From: an uncultured Dehalococcoidales bacterium | Lineage (GTDB): Bacteria > Chloroflexota > Dehalococcoidia > GIF9 > UBA5629 | Length of the DNA stretch: 54,548 nucleotides | Direction: 5' to 3' | Assembly (NCBI GenBank): GCA_964413085.1 | Contig: CAYPRI010000002.1 | Span: 7,373 to 61,920 of the forward strand | In this document: piece by piece, positions 47,209 through 54,548 of the stretch | Layout: every line of letters begins with the position of its first letter | How positions within the stretch are numbered: position 1 is the stretch's first letter | Notes under the pieces: generated by a model | The model's database searches: none | Told to the model about the DNA's origin: nothing | The model's input: only the letters and a program-made list of their open reading frames with translations | Position numbers and translations under genes: made by a program

Positions 47209-49059
47209 GTGAAAAAAATATTGTTTCTACTTATGATAATATTCCTTCTCGGTGCTGGCTGCGTGCCGACTCCACCTACCGTTGTTAGCTTCAGCGTCAG
47301 CCCTTCGACCATTACAGCGGGGCAGTTAGCTACGCTGACCTGGGCCGTAAATAACGCCAGTTTGGTAAAAATAAACCCTTTTTCCGGCAACCAGTATCCA
47401 AGCGGTAGCACCGTTGTATCGCCGCCTGCCACTACAACCTATGTTTTAATTGCTTCAAATGCGTTTGGCTCTATAACGGCAACAGCCTTGCTTACTGTAA
47501 ACATACCTGCCGAAACAAGCCCCAACGAGGGAGTGGCGCCTTCTTCCGCCGAACCGACCATAAATAGTCTCACGGTTGCTCCATCATCTATTAACATGGG
47601 CGACTCAGCAACGCTTCAATGGGACGTCACCGGCGCCACCTCAGTATTCATCGAGCCTGATATAGGCTATGTGCCGCTATCGGGAAACCAGCTTGTTTCT
47701 CCATCGTACACTACCGACTACGTGCTGACAGCCAGCAACGCGAATAATACGGTTACTTCATCAGCGACGTTAACCATCAATCCATATATACCTTACAGTC
47801 CATCTTACCCGGTTCCTTATCCATCAGCGCCGTTGGGCGCACTGCCTCTCATCAATTTTTTCGATATCAACCCGCCGGTCATTAATGCTGGCAGCTCGGC
47901 AACCATTCAGTGGGATGTCGGCAACGCAGATAATGTCTTCATAGACAACGGCATCGGTGATGTGCCTCTATCGAGCAGTATGACAATAACTCCCTCAGCT
48001 ACAACTGCTTACACAATCACGGCGTCGAACATATATGGCTCGGCTACTTCACTGGCAACCGTTGTAGTTAATCCACCGGCCGGTGCGGCCGCCATACTAA
48101 CCTTCTCGGCTACTCCGAGCAATATAACTGCGGGTAACTCTTCGACATTTCAGTGGAATGTTATCGGAGCCACTTCAGTCTCTATCAATCAGGGCATAGG
48201 CGCCGTGCCATTATCGGGAACAAAATCGGTATCGCCTAACGTTACGACGACATATACGTTGACGGCGATGAACGGTGCTGGCTCAGTTATGGCTTCCACT
48301 ACGGTAAATGTGGCTCCGCCAGCCGGGACACCTTTTATTATCAGTTTCACTTCAAACCCGAGCAGCATAACTGCCGGGCACTCCTCACTGCTGCAGTGGA
48401 CTGTAGCCGGTGCTACCTCGGTTTCCATCGATCAGGGCATCGGCGTTGTACCACTATCCGGAAGCCGATTGGTATCACCTGTTGCCAACACCGTATATAC
48501 CTTAACGGCAACAAATAGTTCGGGCTCCGTTAGCGCTTCGACCGCAGTAACCATAACCCAGTCCACTGCGCTGCCGGTAATACTGCGCTTCTCTGTATAT
48601 CCCACCAGCATTGTCCCTGGCGGTTTTGCCACACTACAGTGGCAGGTAGGCGGAGCCACGTCCGTTTCCATAGACCAGGGCGTAGGTGCCGTAGCCCCGG
48701 ATGGAGAACTTAAGGTGTCCCCGGCATATACAAAGACATATACCTTGACGGCCACGAATGACTCCGGCTCTGCTACCGCCTCCGTTACCGTGACTGTAAT
48801 TACGGTTACGGGCCGGCCATTTATTAACCTGTTCTCCGCCAGCCCGACCGTCATTCCATTTGGTGGGAAAACCACTCTCAAATGGCAGGTTACCGGAGCT
48901 ACTTCAATTACCATCACTCCGGGCGTCGGCACGGTGTCCGACTCGGGTACCAAGCAAGTCAGCCCAGACCGGACGACAGCCTATATACTTACCGCCCGAA
49001 ACAGTGCCGGCGTCACCACGCATACGGCTCTGGTCACGGTGACCTTTGAACCAAAATAG
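47209..49059 (+). CDS. lipoprotein with seven tandem Ig-like (about 90-aa) domains
   Basis: The GTG at 47209 (SD GAGGAG 7 nt upstream) gives MKKILFLLMIIFLLGAGC, a lipobox L-G-A-G-C. There are seven repeats of the pattern (S/A)TLQW.V.GATSV.I..GIG.VP.SG...VSP..TT.YTLTA.N..GS. Confidence 0.75.
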   Translation: MKKILFLLMIIFLLGAGCVPTPPTVVSFSVSPSTITAGQLATLTWAVNNASLVKINPFSGNQYPSGSTVVSPPATTTYVLIASNAFGSITATALLTVNIPAETSPNEGVAPSSAEPTINSLTVAPSSINMGDSATLQWDVTGATSVFIEPDIGYVPLSGNQLVSPSYTTDYVLTASNANNTVTSSATLTINPYIPYSPSYPVPYPSAPLGALPLINFFDINPPVINAGSSATIQWDVGNADNVFIDNGIGDVPLSSSMTITPSATTAYTITASNIYGSATSLATVVVNPPAGAAAILTFSATPSNITAGNSSTFQWNVIGATSVSINQGIGAVPLSGTKSVSPNVTTTYTLTAMNGAGSVMASTTVNVAPPAGTPFIISFTSNPSSITAGHSSLLQWTVAGATSVSIDQGIGVVPLSGSRLVSPVANTVYTLTATNSSGSVSASTAVTITQSTALPVILRFSVYPTSIVPGGFATLQWQVGGATSVSIDQGVGAVAPDGELKVSPAYTKTYTLTATNDSGSATASVTVTVITVTGRPFINLFSASPTVIPFGGKTTLKWQVTGATSITITPGVGTVSDSGTKQVSPDRTTAYILTARNSAGVTTHTALVTVTFEPK

Positions 49060-49100
49060 GTCTAAATATAAGCCGCCGGTAATCCCCGTTCTCTGCCTAT

Positions 49101-49129
49101 TTGCACAAATTGCCATAAACGTGTAAAAT
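49101..49129 (+). promoter_or_regulatory. putative sigma-70-type promoter for the hydrogenase block
   Basis: TTGCAC (49101-49106), a 17-nt spacer, then TAAAAT (49124-49129). It is about 58 nt upstream of the 49187 ATG. Confidence 0.35.
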
Positions 49130-49186
49130 CTGCGGTTGGCAGTTCCGGGCATTTCTTAGCAGTTCTTCTCATTGAAAGGGGGTAAA

Positions 49187-50083
49187 ATGCCTAAGGCAAA
49201 CGTTCAAGAAATTCCGATTGTCTGGATACAGGCGGGAACCTGCACCGGATGTTCGGTATCAGTCCTCAATTCTGTCAGCCCAACCATCAAAAATGTCCTC
49301 ATCGACGATGTCGTCCCCGGAAAACATGTTAACCTCAAATTCCAGGCAACCGTAATGGCCGGCGAAGGCGATGCCGTCATTCAGGTGCTGGAAAATGTTC
49401 CGAAAACGAATAAAGGCGGCTATGTGCTGGTTGTCGAAGGCGCCGTTCCCACTAAAGACGGCGGTGCTTATGGTTCGCTGGGCGAGAAAAATGACAAGCC
49501 TGTACCTATGGCGGAACGCGTCGAAGCCCTGGCCAAAGACGCCATGGCAATCTTGGCTCTCGGCACCTGCGCTACCTTCGGCGGCATTGCTGCCGGCAAG
49601 CCCAATCCCGGGGGATACATGGGTGTCGACAAATTTCTCAAATCCCGCAACATAGACAAACCGCTGATTAATATCCCCGGTTGCCCACCCCACCCGGACT
49701 GGTTTATCGGAAGCGTCGCCTCCGTGCTCCTCTTCGGCTTACCCAAGCCCCGGGAACTGGACGAGCTAAAACGTCCCAAGGTTTTCTATGGGAATCTAAT
49801 CCACGAGAACTGCCCGCGAAGAGCTTACTTCGATGAAGGCAAATTCGCTAAAAGATTCGGCGAGCCCGGCTGCCTCAACGAGCTGGGGTGCAAAGGGCCG
49901 GTGACGCATGCGGATTGCCCGATTAGACTGTGGAACCACGGCACGAGCTGGTGTATCGGGGCTGGGTCGCCCTGCATCGGCTGCTGCGAGCCGGGATTCC
50001 CAGATTTGGTGGCACCCTTCTATAAGAAATTAGACGATGCCAATATGCCCATGATAGGTAAATTGCCGGGAAAGGAGAAATAA
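49187..50083 (+). CDS. [NiFe]-hydrogenase small subunit, no Tat signal peptide
   Basis: The ATG at 49187 (SD AAAGGGGG) gives MPKANVQEIPIVWIQAGTCTGCSVS. Proximal cluster motifs: GTCATFGG, PGCPPHP. Medial and distal motifs: HENCPRR, GCLNELGCKGP, CPIRLWN, WCIGAGSPCIGCCEPGF. No RRxF motif occurs even in the longest ORF, which starts at 49172. Confidence 0.9.
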   Translation: MPKANVQEIPIVWIQAGTCTGCSVSVLNSVSPTIKNVLIDDVVPGKHVNLKFQATVMAGEGDAVIQVLENVPKTNKGGYVLVVEGAVPTKDGGAYGSLGEKNDKPVPMAERVEALAKDAMAILALGTCATFGGIAAGKPNPGGYMGVDKFLKSRNIDKPLINIPGCPPHPDWFIGSVASVLLFGLPKPRELDELKRPKVFYGNLIHENCPRRAYFDEGKFAKRFGEPGCLNELGCKGPVTHADCPIRLWNHGTSWCIGAGSPCIGCCEPGFPDLVAPFYKKLDDANMPMIGKLPGKEK

Positions 50084-50086
50084 AAG

Positions 50087-51646
50087 TTGAGCAAGATTGT
50101 TGTCGACCCCATTACCCGGATTGAAGGACACCTCAAAATTGAAGTTACTACCGAGAACGGTGTGGTTAAAGATGCGCACAGTTCAGGCATGATGTTTAGG
50201 GGCATTGAACTGATACTGAAAGGCAGAGACCCGCGCGATGCGCAAAGATACACGCAGCGTATTTGCGGTGTCTGCCCTACCAGTCATTCCATAGCCTCGA
50301 CTCTAAACCTGGATAGTGCTTTTGGCATATCAGACAAGATACCTGATAATGGCCGAATTGTTCGCAATCTGATTCTCGGTGCAGCTCACATCGCCGACCA
50401 CATCCTTCACTTTTATCACCTGGCCGCTCTCGACTATGTCGATGTTACCAAGGTAGCGGGATATACCGGCAATGACCCCGCTCTGAACTCGATAAAGGCA
50501 TTCATCCAGAGGGGCGAGCTGGCCCCATTCGTCCCCCGTTATGAGGGCGATTACCGGCTTAGCGACCAAGTAAACATAGCAGCCACAGCCAACTACGTAA
50601 AAGCCCTGGAAATGAGGCGCAAGGCTCAGGAGATGCTGGTTGTTTTTGGTGGCAAAATGCCTCACAACATGGCAGTTATGCCCGGCGGCGTCACCGAAAC
50701 AGTCACCGTCGATAAAATAGCCTCTTTCTTGTGGAGGCTCAATGAACTGAGGGATTTCATCGATAATGTTTATATCCCCGACGTATTAGCGGTGGCCGCA
50801 GCTTATCCCGATTATTTCGAAATCGGCGCCGGCTGTGGAAACCTGCTGTCTTATGGGAGCTTCGACCTCGAAAGCACAAATCCGGACTATACTAAAAGGA
50901 AGAGACTGTTAAAGCAGGGGACGGTTTCAACTGTCCTCAAGCTCGGCCCCGTGGATACCAACAAAATTCTGGAGTATGTCAAACACTCCTGGTACGCGGA
51001 CTCAAGTACAGGAAAGCATCCCTCACACGGAGTGACGGAGCCTCAGCACGATAAGAAGAGTGCTTACTCCTGGGCTAAAGCCCCCCGTTACGATGGAAAA
51101 GTCTACGAGGTCGGCCCCCTGGCCCGTGTAGTGGCTACTTATGCCAGCGGTGAACCCACGGTAAAAAAGCTGGTTGATTCCGTGCTTTCTCAGTTCAAAG
51201 CCAGTCCCAAGGCACTTTTCTCAGTACTCGGCCGCCATGCTGCCCGAGCTCTTTATACTAAATTTGTAGCCGACTCCATGCCCGGATGGCTACTCCAGTT
51301 GAAACCCGGTGAACCCGCTTACATAGATTATCAGATACCCGATGAGTCTTCCGGAATGGGATTGGTCGATGCCGCCAGAGGCGCCCTGGGCCACTGGGTT
51401 GAGATAAAAGACAAGAAAATCGCCAACTACCAGTGCGTGGTCCCGAGTACCTGGAATTTGGGCCCTCGAGATGATAAAGGGCAGCCGGGTCCCGTGGAGC
51501 AGGCGCTTATCGGAACCAAGATAAAGGACGAAAGCAATCCTTATGAGATCGGACGCATCGTTCGCTCCTTCGACCCCTGCCTTGCTTGCGCCATCCATGT
51601 CATTACGCCAAAAGGACGAACTCTTGGAATATACAAAGTCAGTTAA
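50087..51646 (+). CDS. [NiFe]-hydrogenase large subunit
   Basis: TTG start with SD AAGGAG. RIEGH, the N-terminal ligand motif RICGVCPTSH, and the C-terminal motif DPCLACAIH followed by a 15-aa cleavable extension (VITPKGRTLGIYKVS). The motifs are group 1/2-like rather than group 3 (DPCxSC). Confidence 0.9.
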   Translation: MSKIVVDPITRIEGHLKIEVTTENGVVKDAHSSGMMFRGIELILKGRDPRDAQRYTQRICGVCPTSHSIASTLNLDSAFGISDKIPDNGRIVRNLILGAAHIADHILHFYHLAALDYVDVTKVAGYTGNDPALNSIKAFIQRGELAPFVPRYEGDYRLSDQVNIAATANYVKALEMRRKAQEMLVVFGGKMPHNMAVMPGGVTETVTVDKIASFLWRLNELRDFIDNVYIPDVLAVAAAYPDYFEIGAGCGNLLSYGSFDLESTNPDYTKRKRLLKQGTVSTVLKLGPVDTNKILEYVKHSWYADSSTGKHPSHGVTEPQHDKKSAYSWAKAPRYDGKVYEVGPLARVVATYASGEPTVKKLVDSVLSQFKASPKALFSVLGRHAARALYTKFVADSMPGWLLQLKPGEPAYIDYQIPDESSGMGLVDAARGALGHWVEIKDKKIANYQCVVPSTWNLGPRDDKGQPGPVEQALIGTKIKDESNPYEIGRIVRSFDPCLACAIHVITPKGRTLGIYKVS

Positions 51647-52142
51647 TAATGAAACACGTAGCTGTACTGCGAGAATCTCAGTTCTAGGAGTCGGTAACCT
51701 GTTGCTTAAAGACGAGGGTATAGGCGTTCATCTGGTCCAAAAATTGGCCGAGGTTACAAATGATTCTAATATCAACATAGTCGATGCCGGCACCTGCCCT
51801 GACTTTTTATCATTGGTAGAAGATAATTTAGACAAACTAATCATAGTTGATGCCGTTAGAAACGGAGACACGCCGGGAACCATTTACCGGTTTGACTTCG
51901 ATGTGGTAGATCTGGAGGGCGCGCCGCCCTTCTCCATCCACGACGTCGGAGTAGTGGACAGCTTAAGAACCATGGCTTTATTCAATAAACAGCCGAAGTC
52001 TACAATCGTTATCGGCATCGAGCCCGAGACAATCGACTTCGGTCTCGAGCTTTCACCGGCAGTTAAAGAGAAACTACCCAAAATTATCGATTTAGTTCTC
52101 AAGGAGATCGAGGAAACCACAGCTATGGAGGTAGACAAATGA
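51624..52142 (+). CDS. hydrogenase maturation endopeptidase (HybD/HoxM-like); start uncertain
   Basis: ISVLGVGNLLLKDEGIGVHLV is the canonical N-terminal region, and IVDAV follows. No ATG or GTG exists in frame. The nearest in-frame start is TTG at 51624 (SD AAAGGA 7 nt upstream), overlapping the large-subunit gene by 23 nt. Confidence 0.7.
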   Translation: MEYTKSVNNETRSCTARISVLGVGNLLLKDEGIGVHLVQKLAEVTNDSNINIVDAGTCPDFLSLVEDNLDKLIIVDAVRNGDTPGTIYRFDFDVVDLEGAPPFSIHDVGVVDSLRTMALFNKQPKSTIVIGIEPETIDFGLELSPAVKEKLPKIIDLVLKEIEETTAMEVDK

Positions 52143-52825
52143 TAATATCTGAATTGAAGCCCTTTCTGGAAATTATTGGCTATTTAGAAAAGGATAAGAA
52201 AGTATTTATAGTCGGCTGCAAGGGTTGTGCCGAGGTCTGCCAGACCGGCGACGAACCGCAGGTGCTCGATATGATGCGCAAGCTGGAGCAGGAAGGCAAG
52301 ACCGTCACCGGCCACTGTGTGGTCGATTTCCTGTGCGATAAAGCACTGATTAAGACCAGGTTGTTTCCCCACGAGGATGAGATAAATGCCGCAGATTCAC
52401 TGCTGGTTATGACCTGCGGCATCGGGGTCCAGGCCACGGCCGCGGTGGTAAATAAGCTGGTACATCCCGCGGCCAACACGGTCAATGTAGGCGGCGTGGG
52501 CGGGACCTGGAGGGGCAGCGAGCGCTGCCGGGAATGTGGCGACTGTGTCCTTGACCTGACCGGCGGAATTTGCCCCTTAACCGCCTGCACCAAATGGCTG
52601 ATCAACGGGCCATGTGGCGGCGCCAAGAACGGCAGATGCGAGGTTGAGCCGGACGTGCGTGATTGTGGCTGGCACCTGATTTACGAAAGATTGAAGAAAC
52701 TGGGGCAGCTGGACAAGATGCGGACGGTGGCGCCACAGGTCAAGAACTATGCCAGGATGCAGCCGCCGAAGACGCTCAGGTCCAGCATCATGTGGGCGCT
52801 GGAGCATCAGGAAACAAAGGTCTAG
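52139..52825 (+). CDS. metV: MetV-like protein (methylene-THF reductase C-terminal-domain / Cys-rich FeS-Zn subunit)
   Basis: 228 aa. CRECGDCVLDLTGGICPLTACTKWLINGPCGG...GRCEV....CGW matches the MTHFR_C/MetV signature. There is an ATGA overlap with the protease stop. SD GGAGGT lies upstream. Confidence 0.8.
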   Translation: MIISELKPFLEIIGYLEKDKKVFIVGCKGCAEVCQTGDEPQVLDMMRKLEQEGKTVTGHCVVDFLCDKALIKTRLFPHEDEINAADSLLVMTCGIGVQATAAVVNKLVHPAANTVNVGGVGGTWRGSERCRECGDCVLDLTGGICPLTACTKWLINGPCGGAKNGRCEVEPDVRDCGWHLIYERLKKLGQLDKMRTVAPQVKNYARMQPPKTLRSSIMWALEHQETKV

Positions 52826-52851
52826 CTATTCTTGAAGGAGGAAAAACAGAG

Positions 52852-53718
52852 ATGAGTCTGCGTGAAAAACTTCAGAACGGCAAGTTCGTAGTCACCGCTG
52901 AAATCGGTCCAGCCAAGGGCGTGGATATACACGAGTTTAATGAAAATGCTGACTTGCTTAAAAATAGAGTGGATGCAGTCAACTGCACCGACCAGCAGAG
53001 CGCCGTCATGAGATTGGGGTCGCTGGCCGCCTGCCATTTGCTGAAGCAAAAAGGCGTCGAGCCGGTGTTCCAGATGACCTGCCGCGACCGGAACCGGATA
53101 GCACTGCAGTCGGACTTACTTAATGCCTATGTCATGGGCATAGAAAACGTTCTGTGCCTCACCGGTGACTACGTCACGCTGGGAGACCATCCCGACGCCA
53201 GACCGGTATTCGACCTGGATTCTGTTTCGTTGTTATATGCAGCCCGGCAATTGGAGGCAGGCAAAGACCTGGCTGGCAAAGAATTGAAAGGTAATCCCAA
53301 GTTTTTCCTTGGCGCCTGCGTCACGCCGTGCGCCGACCCGGTTGAACCGCAGCTAATTAAGATGGAGAGGAAGGTAAAGGCGGGGGCGCAGTTCTTCCAG
53401 ACCCAGGCCGTCTATGAACCCAAAGCTTTCGAAGCCTTTATGAAAGAAGCCAAAAAATTCGGCGTGCCGGTTCTGGTGGGCATCGTGGTGCTGAGGTCTG
53501 CTGGTATGGCCAAGTTTATGAATAAGAACGTCGCCGGTATACATGTCCCCGATGACCTTATCGATGAGATGGACAAAGCCGAAAACAAGTTGCAGAAGGG
53601 CATTGAGATAGCCGCCCGTCTCATAGATGAGATGAAGGGCATGTGCCAGGGCACTCACATAATGGCTATCGGCCTGGAATCAAAGGTCCCCGCGATTCTC
53701 GACGCCGCCAAGCTGTAG
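52852..53718 (+). CDS. metF: methylenetetrahydrofolate reductase, acetogen MetF type
   Basis: The ATG at 52852 (SD GAAGGAGG) gives MSLREKLQNGKFVVTAEIGPAKG...QMTCRDRNRIALQSDLL...FFQTQAVYE...CQGTHIMAIG, closely matching the Moorella-type MetF pattern. The track ORF's upstream extension overlaps metV and is rejected. Confidence 0.85.
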   Translation: MSLREKLQNGKFVVTAEIGPAKGVDIHEFNENADLLKNRVDAVNCTDQQSAVMRLGSLAACHLLKQKGVEPVFQMTCRDRNRIALQSDLLNAYVMGIENVLCLTGDYVTLGDHPDARPVFDLDSVSLLYAARQLEAGKDLAGKELKGNPKFFLGACVTPCADPVEPQLIKMERKVKAGAQFFQTQAVYEPKAFEAFMKEAKKFGVPVLVGIVVLRSAGMAKFMNKNVAGIHVPDDLIDEMDKAENKLQKGIEIAARLIDEMKGMCQGTHIMAIGLESKVPAILDAAKL

Positions 53719-53737
53719 AAGTAAAATAAAGGCAGAG

Positions 53738-54517
53738 ATGCGAATAGTACGCTTTTCTGCTGGCGGTAGGGCCAAATACGGCATATTAGCCGGCAATGTC
53801 ATACGCGGAATATACGGCAATACTTGCTCGCATCTCGGCCATTTAAACAGCCCGTCCATACTGGACGGCAGCAAATTCTCTCTTAATGATATCCGCCTGC
53901 TTTCGCCGTGCAGGCCTTCCAAGATAGTCTGTCTAGGACTGAACTACCGCAGCCATATCGAGGAGATGAAGTTGCCCATGCCTTCGGTGCCGCTCATCTT
54001 CCTCAAGCCGTCAACGGCAGTTATCGGTCCTGAGGATAAAATCGTTCTGCCCCAGGGCTGGCAGCGCATCGACTACGAAGGCGAGCTGGGCGTGGTCATC
54101 GGCAAAAAGGCCAAAAATATTTCGGAGGAAAAGGCCAGGGAATATGTGCTTGGCTACACCTGTGTCAACGACGTTTCGGACCGCCATGCCCAGGCGGCTG
54201 ACGGACAGTGGACCAGGGCCAAAGGCTACGACACCTTCGCTCCAATAGGCCCCTGGATAGAGACCGAAGTCGAGCCGGACAATCTGAAACTTGAAACGTA
54301 TCTTAATGGTGAGCTGCGCCAGTCGGCATCCACCAGCGATCTGCTTTTCGGTATACCCAAGCTCATCAATTTCATCTCCGGTGTCATGACGCTGCTACCC
54401 GGCGACGTCATCGCCACAGGCACACCGTCGGGCGTAGGGCCCATGAACCCCGGGGATATAATTGAAATAAAAATAGAGAAAATCGGTGCGCTGAAAAATT
54501 TCGTCGTCGCTCCCTGA
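53738..54517 (+). CDS. fumarylacetoacetate hydrolase (FAH) family protein
   Basis: 259 aa. IVCLGLNY, EGELGVVIGKKA and CVNDVSDR are typical of FAH / 2-keto-4-pentenoate hydratase-like enzymes. It starts 19 nt after the metF stop. Confidence 0.85.
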   Translation: MRIVRFSAGGRAKYGILAGNVIRGIYGNTCSHLGHLNSPSILDGSKFSLNDIRLLSPCRPSKIVCLGLNYRSHIEEMKLPMPSVPLIFLKPSTAVIGPEDKIVLPQGWQRIDYEGELGVVIGKKAKNISEEKAREYVLGYTCVNDVSDRHAQAADGQWTRAKGYDTFAPIGPWIETEVEPDNLKLETYLNGELRQSASTSDLLFGIPKLINFISGVMTLLPGDVIATGTPSGVGPMNPGDIIEIKIEKIGALKNFVVAP

Positions 54518-54548
54518 TTGGTCTCTGTTTTACGCTCAACCTAACGTT

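Noticed and set aside
49172-49260. A possible twin-arginine (Tat) signal on the hydrogenase small subunit.
   Set aside because: Even the longest ORF (from TTG 49172) gives MKGGKMPKANVQEIPIVW. It has no RRxF motif or hydrophobic h-region before the first cluster-binding CTGC.
51560-51600. A possible selenocysteine ([NiFeSe]) site in the large-subunit C-terminal motif.
   Set aside because: The motif is DPCLACAIH with ordinary Cys codons, and the gene contains no in-frame TGA.
52663-52851. An upstream extension of the metF ORF (track start 52663).
   Set aside because: It overlaps the 3' end of metV in another frame. A strong SD (GAAGGAGG) and the ATG at 52852 give the canonical MetF N-terminus.
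1-54548. A search for a mobile or defence island: integrase, transposase, IS ends, CRISPR-Cas, restriction-modification, toxin-antitoxin, retron/DGR reverse transcriptase.
   Set aside because: None of the translated ORFs shows the hallmark motifs of these families. The only mobility-like signal is the tRNA 3'-half direct repeat, reported separately.

Overview
This is a 54.5-kb, gene-dense chromosomal window. No homology search was run: every call rests on reading the supplied translations and the DNA by eye.

The gene content points to a strict anaerobe: rubrerythrin, a glycyl-radical enzyme, a [NiFe]-hydrogenase with hyp maturation genes, and acetogen-type MetV/MetF. The surface-protein architecture is reminiscent of Chloroflexota/Dehalococcoidia-like genomes, but the taxon cannot be established from sequence alone.

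Content in order:
- rubrerythrin and a run of very small membrane-protein genes, most of them missed or mis-framed by the ORF track
- DUF2780-like and DUF169-like genes
- a CaCA Na+/Ca2+ exchanger
- meso-diaminopimelate dehydrogenase
- secreted and membrane hypotheticals
- a tRNA(CAT) whose 3' half is duplicated 1.5 kb away, bracketing a two-gene cassette
- glpK-glpD
- a B12-binding radical SAM enzyme, an AhpD-like protein and two alpha/beta hydrolases
- a glycyl-radical enzyme (GRE), its activase and a split-barrel flavoprotein-like gene
- an HD-GYP protein, an MBL-fold hydrolase and hypA
- plsX, a degenerate IscA-like gene, and an unusual ALDH::Fe-ADH fusion
- plsY, degV and hypFCDE
- a 7.4-kb gene for a giant LRR / beta-propeller / CARDB surface protein
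- a DUF5679 zinc ribbon and a multi-PAS GGDEF protein
- a lipoprotein with seven Ig-like repeats
- a tightly packed co-directional block: [NiFe]-hydrogenase small subunit, large subunit, maturation protease, MetV, MetF, FAH-family hydrolase

No integrase, transposase, CRISPR-Cas, restriction-modification or toxin-antitoxin genes were recognised.

The most interesting candidate is the Tat-less hydrogenase translationally coupled to MetVF, a possible H2-linked methylene-THF reductase module. Next come the orphan GRE cluster, the non-AdhE ALDH::ADH fusion and the tRNA-half-bounded cassette.
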